IMG/VR virus record: IMGVR_UViG_3300042402_002641
Span: 186,001 to 250,000 of that record
Reading direction: 5' to 3' (one strand)
Length of the DNA: 64,000 bases
Shown: piece by piece, positions 1 to 6,853 of the stretch
Position numbering within the stretch: the first letter of the stretch is position 1
Layout of the letters: each line of letters opens with the position of its first letter
Notes under the pieces: generated by a model
The model's database searches: none
What the model saw: only the letters and a program-made list of their open reading frames with translations
What the model was told of the DNA's origin: nothing
Program-made: the position numbers and the translations under genes

Positions 1-1803
1 CATGAGATCCTGTACAGCTTCAAATAATCCACCGAATGCTATTTCTAATCCTGCTACCACACTGTTCACAATACCGAATAAGAAATTAAATGCTTCATCA
101 ACAACGTCAATTACACCTTTGAAATCTTCAAATTTCATGCTGACGCCTTCTAGGGCCTTGCCAATTCTTTCTACCACAGGCCCAAAAATCAGTTGCAGTC
201 CTAGACTGATCTTTTCAAACAGAGCAGATACCACTGCCAGCACTGGTGGAAATACTTTCTGGAAAATATCTACGATAGGACGTATGCCTGCATCTAGAGC
301 TTTTAATGCTGGTACAAGCACTGCATTAGCAATATCTGCTACCAGGCCAACAGCACTGATTAATAGATCTAAAAACCCGCTGTTGGCCAATATGCCTGTA
401 AAAGTATTACTAAGACCAGATAACACTTCTTTCATTTTGTTCATTTTTTCATTGAACTTGTCTGTATTGGCCGCGGCTTTTTTTTGTTCTTCTGTGCCTT
501 CTTTGAGTGCGTTGGCATTTATCTGTTGAGTAGCCGAAAGTTTGTTTACGGTTCCAGCAAGGTCTGCACTAGCAGCGCCTGCGCTCTTTATGCTCTGTAA
601 TTGTTTTCCGCCTTCTGACTTCATGAGATTGTTTAATGCGTTACGTTCTTCTAAGGTCACTGCCTCACCACGCTGCATTTTTTGATTCATTCTCTGTAGC
701 ATGGCCGCACTCTGAGGCATCATGGCCATGAGCTTTTGATTTTCTTCTGTGGTTGCTGTACCAGTGGCCATGATGTCTTTGGCAAAATCTTGTAGACCAT
801 CCGGAAGTCCGGTTGTGACTGCAAGAAAACTTTTTCTCACGCCATCACCTAACCCAGACATTGACGCTTGGAACTGCGCATCTTTGGCCATCGCAGCCAT
901 TTGATTTTCTACTTCTTGGCGACTTTTACCTGTGGCTTTGGCCAGCAGATCTAATTCTTTCATATAGCTTCTAGCACCTTGTGCTAGTTCTGCATTAGAT
1001 TTTTTGCCCTGCAGTCCCTGCAGTTTCATTAGATTACCATAACTGGCCAATCCTTGATTTATTTCTGCTGTGCTAAATCCCAATGCGTATAAGTCGCTGC
1101 TAGTAGATCTCAACTGTTTAGAAACCTTGGCAAAGTTAGCAGCACCGCCTTCTGTGGTAGTTCCAAACGCTCCCATAGCTTGACCATTTTTTGCAATCAA
1201 CGAACCAAATTCTTGTAGATTCATTCCGGCAGTAGTAGCTGCTGCTGAAAACTGACTGATACTACCCCCAAAACTAGATCCAGCGGCTGTAGCAGCACCA
1301 TAGGCAGCTAACATTCTGTCAGCGGCTCCTGCTACCATGGTGAATATTTTTCCTATCACAGGAAGACCGCTGAATATACTAGCAGCGTCTGAAGCATCGT
1401 CTCCCATGCGAGCTAGTGCGTCAGCAGCAGATAATCCTTTTTCAGCAAGGTCTATACCTTGTTTTACAACACCAAATAATGCGCCTGTGGCTAATCCAGC
1501 TCCGCTGGCTATTTTTCCAAGACCTCCGGCTACTACACCTGCAGCTTTACCGACTCCAAATAGTGCTGATCCTGCTGCAGAACCAGCTTTTCCGAATATG
1601 CCACCACCTCCTGCACCACCACCTCCTGCACCACCACCTCCTGCACCACCACCTCCTGCGCCACCACCACCTCCTGCGCCACCACCACCTCCACCGCGGC
1701 CACCTTTCATTACGGCCAGCAGTTCTCGAAGCGTGGATTCAGAAGCGGCATTTTTGGCTTCTACTTGTCCAATTCCTGGAATGTCGATCATTACTGCGGC
1801 CAT
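1..1803 (-). CDS. Tape-measure-like protein, N-terminal 601 codons (continues past left edge)
   Basis: Not in the ORF track because it has no stop in the window. Minus frame from ATG at 1803 reads MAAVMIDIPGIGQVEAKNAASESTLRELL, then a Gly-rich linker, then Ala/Gly-rich helical sequence (ALGFSTAEINQGL, YMKELDLLAKATGKSRQEV). Adjacent to hub chaperone genes, with a TAAATA motif upstream. Confidence 0.75.
   Translation of the reverse strand, partial: MAAVMIDIPGIGQVEAKNAASESTLRELLAVMKGGRGGGGGGAGGGGGAGGGGAGGGGAGGGGAGGGGIFGKAGSAAGSALFGVGKAAGVVAGGLGKIASGAGLATGALFGVVKQGIDLAEKGLSAADALARMGDDASDAASIFSGLPVIGKIFTMVAGAADRMLAAYGAATAAGSSFGGSISQFSAAATTAGMNLQEFGSLIAKNGQAMGAFGTTTEGGAANFAKVSKQLRSTSSDLYALGFSTAEINQGLASYGNLMKLQGLQGKKSNAELAQGARSYMKELDLLAKATGKSRQEVENQMAAMAKDAQFQASMSGLGDGVRKSFLAVTTGLPDGLQDFAKDIMATGTATTEENQKLMAMMPQSAAMLQRMNQKMQRGEAVTLEERNALNNLMKSEGGKQLQSIKSAGAASADLAGTVNKLSATQQINANALKEGTEEQKKAAANTDKFNEKMNKMKEVLSGLSNTFTGILANSGFLDLLISAVGLVADIANAVLVPALKALDAGIRPIVDIFQKVFPPVLAVVSALFEKISLGLQLIFGPVVERIGKALEGVSMKFEDFKGVIDVVDEAFNFLFGIVNSVVAGLEIAFGGLFEAVQDLM
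1601..1696. repeat. In-frame tandem repeat (4 x 15 bp CCACCACCTCCTGCR plus 2 x 18 bp variants) encoding a poly-Gly/Ala linker
   Basis: Read directly from the sequence; encodes (AGGGG)n on the minus strand. Confidence 0.95.
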
Positions 1804-1832
1804 GGCTTATTTTTTTCCTGGTAAAATACGCA

Positions 1833-1840
1833 TATAAATA
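1833..1840 (+). promoter_or_regulatory. T4-type late promoter TATAAATA for the gp26-like gene
   Basis: Exact T4 gp55 consensus 33 nt upstream of ATG 1873; GGAG RBS at 1864-1867. Confidence 0.75.
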
Positions 1841-1855
1841 CTTGTGAGCATTATA

Positions 1856-1861
1856 TATTTA
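1856..1861 (-). promoter_or_regulatory. Late promoter core TAAATA for the tape-measure-like gene
   Basis: Minus-strand TAAATA about 52 nt upstream of ATG 1803. Confidence 0.55.
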
Positions 1862-1872
1862 CCGGAGATAAA

Positions 1873-2742
1873 ATGAACGAAATTCCTAACACGATGCAGC
1901 AAAAAAAGAATCCCCTGGCTGGGTTTTTTAGACAGCCTAAGATCTATGTGTCTTTGCCATCAAAAGGTAAATTCTATTCCCAAGGCGCACTAGATCGCAG
2001 TGAAAACGGACAATATGCTGTATACGCTATGACTGCCAAAGACGAACTCATGTTTAAAACTCCCGATGCACTGCTGTCAGGACAAAGCACTGTGGAATTG
2101 ATCAAGAGCTGTATACCTGCAATACTTGATCCTTGGAAAATGCCCAGTATCGACATTGACTTTGCTTTGATTGCCATACGCATAGCTACTTATGGTAACA
2201 AGATGGAAGTCAACACACAATGTCCGCATTGTAATGCTGATAATAACTATGACGTAGATCTATCTGCATGGTTCAGCGTATTTGATAATTTTGAATATAA
2301 AGAACAAATCCATGCAGATCCTCTTCTTATACATGTGCGTCCTTATTCCTATAGTGAAATAACCAAGACCAGTATTAAAACCCTTGAGCAGCAGAGAATA
2401 TTCGCCATAGTCAATGATGAGACTATGGGGGACGAAGAAAAATTAGAAAGATTTGGAAAAAGTTTTGTAAAGTTAACTGAACTAACTGTGGATTTGATTG
2501 CAGAATGTATCAGCCAAATAGATACTCCAGACGGACCAGTTACAGACAAACAAATGATAAATGAATTTATTCACAACTGTAACAAAGATCTATTTGAAAC
2601 AATTTCAAAACATGTTGTGTCAATGAAAGACGAAATTGAATTGAAATCTCATATTGTGTCGTGTAGTGAATGTACCAAAGAATTTACCATGCCAATAACC
2701 ATGGATCAGGCAAATTTTTTCGCCGTAAAATCTCAAAATTAA
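1873..2742 (+). CDS. gp26: Baseplate hub assembly protein / tail chaperone, T4 gp26-like
   Basis: LPSKG..Y, MTAKDEL, D.D..LIAIRIATYG, CPHC and CSEC zinc pairs and near-terminal NFF, as in gp26-family proteins. Confidence 0.7.
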   Translation: MNEIPNTMQQKKNPLAGFFRQPKIYVSLPSKGKFYSQGALDRSENGQYAVYAMTAKDELMFKTPDALLSGQSTVELIKSCIPAILDPWKMPSIDIDFALIAIRIATYGNKMEVNTQCPHCNADNNYDVDLSAWFSVFDNFEYKEQIHADPLLIHVRPYSYSEITKTSIKTLEQQRIFAIVNDETMGDEEKLERFGKSFVKLTELTVDLIAECISQIDTPDGPVTDKQMINEFIHNCNKDLFETISKHVVSMKDEIELKSHIVSCSECTKEFTMPITMDQANFFAVKSQN

Positions 2743-2793
2743 CCTTGCCGGAGATTTTACGGGAATCTGATAACTTAGACAAAGAGGCAAGGT
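2712..2793 (+). promoter_or_regulatory. Programmed -1 ribosomal frameshift signal: A_AAT_TTT (overlapping T_TTT_TTC) plus H-type pseudoknot
   Basis: Heptamer 2712-2718 correctly phased in the gp26-like frame. Stem 1 CCGTAAAATCTC 2723-2734 / GAGATTTTACGG 2751-2762 (12/12). Stem 2 ACCTTGCC 2742-2749 / GGCAAGGT 2786-2793 (8/8). The -1 frame is open to 2948. Confidence 0.8.
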
Positions 2794-2948
2794 CGATAAA
2801 AAAAGACTGTCTAAAACTCTGTTGGTACATGCGAGGACTATCCTACAATGAAGTCGTCAACATGAGTTGGGACGAACGTGAGATAATTGGAGAGATTGTT
2901 GCAGAAAATCTCGAAACAACTAAAAAATCAGGACTGCCTTTCTTTTAG
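2718..2948 (+). CDS. gp51-like hub assembly module, probably expressed as a -1 frameshift extension of the gp26-like protein
   Basis: LCWYMRG.SY.E..NMS..ERE resembles short gp51-like chaperone segments. The track start at 2670 lacks an RBS and lies inside the upstream gene. Confidence 0.6.
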   Translation, partial: FRRKISKLTLPEILRESDNLDKEARSIKKDCLKLCWYMRGLSYNEVVNMSWDEREIIGEIVAENLETTKKSGLPFF

Positions 2949-3190
2949 AGTTTGTTATACATCTTTTTAATCAATGACATTTGTCTATTGTCTAAAGGTT
3001 GACCGTTAATAATACTCGCCAATATCTTTTTTGTATCTCTAGGATCTAATATAGAAAACACAGATTGTGTTGTATCAACAGACGGTGCAGAAGTTGCAGA
3101 GGTTGATACCGTACTAGGGCCAGGAGCAGTTTTAGCATATCCTTTTTTAAAACTGTCTACAAAACCGTCGTTTAAATCTCGAATTCTCAT
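2945..3190 (-). CDS. Small putative internal virion protein (MRIRDL N-terminus)
   Basis: 81 aa, ATGA-coupled to the upstream gene; shares N-terminal and KKGY motifs with neighbours. Confidence 0.55.
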   Translation of the reverse strand: MRIRDLNDGFVDSFKKGYAKTAPGPSTVSTSATSAPSVDTTQSVFSILDPRDTKKILASIINGQPLDNRQMSLIKKMYNKL

Positions 3191-4221
3191 TTTACAAATA
3201 CACTAGCGGTTCCCTTGGCCAGTGCTGATTCGAACATTCTGCGCTTGTGTATTTCCAGCTTCTGTGCAAATATTTCATTGAGGCTTTTTCCACGATGTAC
3301 TAGACTCTTTGTTTCTGCGGCTGCTTTGATTGCTAGTTTGTCTGACGCTGTTCGTTGGAATCCTGGTTTTGCTAGTGCTGCATCTGCGGCGGCTTTAACG
3401 GCCGGGTCTTTTGCGGGTTTAGACAACTGTTGAGCCACATTAGCAAATGCTCCTTGTCCTGCTGGTGCAGTCGCTGTGGCATCCGCTGCTGGTTCCGCCG
3501 CTGGGGGTTTTGCTGCTGCTAGATTAGGATTACTAGGATCAGCGGTGTTTGTTGCACTGACAGGTGCATTAGCCATAGTATTCGCTGGTGCTGCGGCTGC
3601 TGGCGCTGCTCCTGGCTTAGGTGCCCCTGCCGGTGCTGCTAATGATTTTGTCAACAGTTGCAAAATTCTCTGCTTGCCTTTCTTATCTAACTTATCTACG
3701 TTGGCCTTAACCTGAGCGTAAACAGTTTCTCCGGCTTTGGTTGAAGTTTGCTTATCTACTGCTGCTGTAGTTTTAGCTAACGCTGCGCCTGCTGCGCCTG
3801 TTTGTGGCTTAGCTGGTGCTGTGCCTGCAGGTCCTTGCGCATTGATATCTTGGGTTGAAGGAGCTGCTCCGCCTCCTGCTGCTGGTGCTGCTGCTGCTCC
3901 GCCTCCTGCTGCTGGTGCTGCTGCTGCTCCGCCTCCTGCTGCTGGTGCTGCTGCTGCTCCGCCTCCTGCTGCTGGTGCTTCTGCCGGTGGAGTATACCCA
4001 GGTTTTCCTGCATTAGGATCTGGATCATCTCCTACTACAGCTTTTCCAGACTGATAACCTTTCTTCAATGCTGTGCCAGCACCAACTACTCCGCCAGCTA
4101 CCGCGCCTATGCCTTTGGCAACACCGCCTACAGCTTTGCCTATACCACGGCCCAAGGCTCCTAGAGGGCCTTCGTCTATCTGTTCAAGCTGTGATTCAGT
4201 TAAGATTTCGTTAATTCTCAT
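3187..4221 (-). CDS. Ala/Pro/Gly-rich putative internal virion protein (MRINEILTES N-terminus)
   Basis: 344 aa; [IL]-x-E motifs near the N-terminus, glycine-zipper segment, low-complexity linkers. Confidence 0.6.
   Translation of the reverse strand: MRINEILTESQLEQIDEGPLGALGRGIGKAVGGVAKGIGAVAGGVVGAGTALKKGYQSGKAVVGDDPDPNAGKPGYTPPAEAPAAGGGAAAAPAAGGGAAAAPAAGGGAAAAPAAGGGAAPSTQDINAQGPAGTAPAKPQTGAAGAALAKTTAAVDKQTSTKAGETVYAQVKANVDKLDKKGKQRILQLLTKSLAAPAGAPKPGAAPAAAAPANTMANAPVSATNTADPSNPNLAAAKPPAAEPAADATATAPAGQGAFANVAQQLSKPAKDPAVKAAADAALAKPGFQRTASDKLAIKAAAETKSLVHRGKSLNEIFAQKLEIHKRRMFESALAKGTASVFVK
3863..3979. repeat. In-frame 30-bp tandem repeat x ~4 encoding AAAPAAGGGA
   Basis: Unit GCTGCTCCGCCTCCTGCTGCTGGTGCTGCT read directly. 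Confidence 0.95.
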
Positions 4222-4222
4222 A

Positions 4223-5695
4223 TCAAGCGGTTCCTAGTTGTTTGGTAAGGTAAGCAATCATGCGTTTTCTATCTTTAGTATTTAACTGCGCAATTGACTT
4301 TTTAATTTCTGCATATCCGCCTGTGGCTGCTTGAGCAGCTTGAGGTTCGGGTGCAGCAGAAATTTTTAAATCTGTAAACACTTTATCAACTACTGGTGCT
4401 TCAATGCCGCCATAGTTTAATAAAAATTGTTTGAATTCTTCGCTGTCAGTCGGTGATCCTTCCAACTTCCATGCTGCCAACAGCTTGGCCGATGTGACTT
4501 TTTCAGTGGCTTGTTTGCCTGCCCATGCAGCACCTTTGGCCACTGCGCCTACAGCCTTGCCAGCACCTGCTTTGAGTTTGTCTAAGAATCCTGCTTCAGT
4601 TAGCACACGATTAATAATCATGTAAACCTGGCCTTCACTCAGTGGACGAGTCTGAACATAATAACTTTCTTTTTTATTTTTGTCATCGCTGCCTGTTGAA
4701 GCTGCTACAGCACCTTGAGAAATGGCTTGTCCTGCTCCTGCCATCCCTTTAATCCAGTTTAATAATCCATCATTGGCCAATTGGTCAGCACGAGCGTTAC
4801 CTAATATATCATTAATGGCAGATGCATAGCTTTTGGTGTTAACTTCTCTAGCAATTTTTTGTAGTATATCAAATCCGCCCGGTTCACCGTTGCGAATCAT
4901 ATTCATAGCAGCATTAATACCTTCTGCTTCTTGTGGAAATACATTAACCTTAAATCCTTGAGTCATCTGTTTCCATTCAGTGCCTGGACCAGTTAATGTT
5001 TTAGTAGCTCCCCAAGACACTGTTTCTAAACCAGCGTCCTCTGCTCCAGGAACGGGCAGAGATTCAACACGCATTCCGCCAACAAACTTGCCCAGCATTT
5101 CAAATGCTTTACCAGATAGATAACCTAGAGCAGCAGTTTTAATACCTTTGCCTACGGCAGTGGAAAGTTTTTCACCTTTGATCAGTTCAGCAGCGCCTCG
5201 TAGCACCTGACCAGCAATAGCACCGCCAACTGGTCCACCTGCTAGGGAAGCCAACGCTGTTAGTACACCAATAATTGCTGCACTTTTTCCTGGATTCTCT
5301 TTCATCCAGGATCCTAGACCAGTCAGTTGTTTATCTAGATCAGGAAACTTTGAGCTAACCTTGGCTTTAAGTTGTTCAAATTTTTGATCAGCCATTTTAA
5401 CAGGAGTAGTATCCTGCAGCCACTTACCAACATTGTTGATCACTTCATTGGCTTTTTTAGCTATATCAACTCCAGCTCCTGCAATAGTACGATTAGCACC
5501 ACCTGCTACTGATTGCTTTTCTAACTCGCCGAATACCTGTTTAATCTGATCTGCTGTTAGACTAGCTTCAATAAGAGGCACGAACTCATTGTAAATGCCT
5601 TCTACAATACGTTTTTGTTCAAGAGTTAATCCATCACACGATTCTTTAAGTATCTGTCGATGATTATTATTTTCTAATAGATTTTCAATACGCAT
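4223..5695 (-). CDS. Putative internal virion/ejected protein with hydrophobic glycine-zipper segment (MRIENLLEN N-terminus)
   Basis: 490 aa; AAIIGVLTALASLAGGPVGGAIAG segment; TAAATA motif upstream. Confidence 0.6.
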   Translation of the reverse strand: MRIENLLENNNHRQILKESCDGLTLEQKRIVEGIYNEFVPLIEASLTADQIKQVFGELEKQSVAGGANRTIAGAGVDIAKKANEVINNVGKWLQDTTPVKMADQKFEQLKAKVSSKFPDLDKQLTGLGSWMKENPGKSAAIIGVLTALASLAGGPVGGAIAGQVLRGAAELIKGEKLSTAVGKGIKTAALGYLSGKAFEMLGKFVGGMRVESLPVPGAEDAGLETVSWGATKTLTGPGTEWKQMTQGFKVNVFPQEAEGINAAMNMIRNGEPGGFDILQKIAREVNTKSYASAINDILGNARADQLANDGLLNWIKGMAGAGQAISQGAVAASTGSDDKNKKESYYVQTRPLSEGQVYMIINRVLTEAGFLDKLKAGAGKAVGAVAKGAAWAGKQATEKVTSAKLLAAWKLEGSPTDSEEFKQFLLNYGGIEAPVVDKVFTDLKISAAPEPQAAQAATGGYAEIKKSIAQLNTKDRKRMIAYLTKQLGTA

Positions 5696-5718
5696 TTGTG
5701 ATCCACTGTTTGATTGTT

Positions 5719-5725
5719 TATTTAT
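5719..5725 (-). promoter_or_regulatory. Late promoter ATAAATA for the three-gene MRI operon
   Basis: Minus-strand ATAAATA 24 nt upstream of ATG 5695, just after a terminator-like hairpin. Confidence 0.65.
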
Positions 5726-5728
5726 TGT

Positions 5729-5750
5729 AAAAACGAGCTTACGCTCGTTT
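5729..5750 (-). terminator. Intrinsic terminator-like hairpin
   Basis: Minus strand AAACGAGC-GUAA-GCUCGUUUUU: 8-bp stem, GNRA loop, U-tract. Confidence 0.65.
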
Positions 5751-6175
5751 GCGTTTTCGCTTGTCGCTCAACGCATTTTCTTCTTCTTAGAATTGTTTTT
5801 ACAATGATATTGCGAAGCAATTCAAGTATTATGCAGATTGTTCAGTCACACTTTGCCCAGACCGGGCAAAGATAACAGCATTATGCGAGTTGCACAGACC
5901 ACTTCAGCGTTAGAGCATTACAGAGGCGGTCATCCGGTACCTCGAGCTCAGTCTTTATATGACGGCGATGTGTGAATCTACGCTAACAAACTCACACACG
6001 TGGGGTTTTTCTCCCCTCATTTTGCCTTGTTTTTCTTTTCAAATAACCAAATCGCAGGTCTTAGTAGCGATCGTCATCCTTTCGGGTAGTGGTTAAGCAC
6101 CTTTGCGGCAAGGTTTTCCATCCCTGTGTACACGTAGACCAGGTATAGGGCGCACGAAATTAAGCCTGCGCCAGC
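5730..6175 (-). ncRNA. Candidate large structured non-coding RNA, family not recognised
   Basis: 492-nt ORF-free gap in a densely coding genome, tiled by about 12 helices. G-U wobbles and GNRA loops work only on the minus strand. Includes a three-way junction and a possible 7-bp pseudoknot. Confidence 0.65.
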
Positions 6176-6187
6176 TAAAAAACCGCT

Positions 6188-6622
6188 TTATTTTGCCTGA
6201 GATTGTTCTAAAAGACGCTGTCTAAGTATATTTGAACCGCCTACTCTGACGTTTATAATGCCATTATAATAGTCGTCGGATTCTAAAACCCTGCGTTCAA
6301 ACTGCTCTCGAGCTTCTAAGTATGATAGTTCTGCCTTGGATTTGCAAAGGTAAAGTATTTCTCTTGTGAAGTTTTCCGGACCTAATGCTTGGACGTCTGC
6401 GTTTAACCTGTCTGATGAACCATAGTATTCGCGCCAATCGCTTTCTACTACTGATCTTCTTTTAAGTTTTTTGCCTTTGAGTGGGGGTTTAGTACGTTTG
6501 AATTGTGCTAATTTCTTGCCTATGTACTTCTGTCCGGTGGTTTTATTCGTGATTATATAAACAAAGCCAATATAGCCTTCTGGTATTTCGTTTAATATTT
6601 GATTTTGATACGTCCATTGCAC
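6188..6622 (-). CDS. Stand-alone GIY-YIG endonuclease domain protein (Seg-like)
   Basis: GFVY-x9-YIG motif, YYGSS, conserved Glu (YLEA) and YYN; 144 aa with no appended DNA-binding domain. Confidence 0.8.
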   Translation of the reverse strand: MQWTYQNQILNEIPEGYIGFVYIITNKTTGQKYIGKKLAQFKRTKPPLKGKKLKRRSVVESDWREYYGSSDRLNADVQALGPENFTREILYLCKSKAELSYLEAREQFERRVLESDDYYNGIINVRVGGSNILRQRLLEQSQAK

Positions 6623-6853
6623 TCATTTAGTTAGTTTCGGAGGTCTGCCTAGTTGGCCTTTTCTGGATTTTTTACGTTCTAGTCTTTTTGCCTGTATTTC
6701 CATGCGTCTTGTTGATGCATGGTTACGTATTTCTGATAGCCAATATCGTGCCTTAATGCCTGCTTCGTCTGAATTCTTGTATTCAAACCGATCCTGCCAT
6801 TTAAAATATTCTTGGAAAGCAGCGATCATTAGATCGTGGCTGTCTGTGCTCAC
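6623..6853 (-). CDS. Small basic helical protein, possibly Hc1-like nucleic-acid binding
   Basis: AGIKARYWLSEI...RRMEIQ pattern and Lys/Arg-rich tail; coupled to gp46. Confidence 0.4.
   Translation of the reverse strand: MSTDSHDLMIAAFQEYFKWQDRFEYKNSDEAGIKARYWLSEIRNHASTRRMEIQAKRLERKKSRKGQLGRPPKLTK

Noticed and set aside
2-1847. Plus-strand ORFs 2-529, 1337-1837 (poly-Pro) and 1416-1847 (poly-His)
   Set aside because: Antisense shadows of the minus-strand tape-measure-like gene and its Gly repeat.
2670-2717. Track start for the gp51-like ORF
   Set aside because: No RBS, lies in the CxxC codons of the upstream gene; frameshift entry at 2718 explains the ORF better.
1601-3979. Tandem repeats as CRISPR or guide arrays
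   Set aside because: No spacers; units are multiples of 3 inside coding frames; no cas genes in the window.
3215-4625. Short Ala/Pro-rich plus-strand ORFs and the Gln-rich minus ORF 3777-4028
   Set aside because: Alternative-frame readings of low-complexity repeat codons.
5730-6175. Group I/II intron, RNase P, tmRNA, tRNA or hammerhead identity for the structured element
   Set aside because: I found no P7 or domain V consensus, no GAGGAAAGUCC, no T-loop/CCA end and no CUGANGA core; the flanking genes look intact rather than split. A covariance search is still needed.
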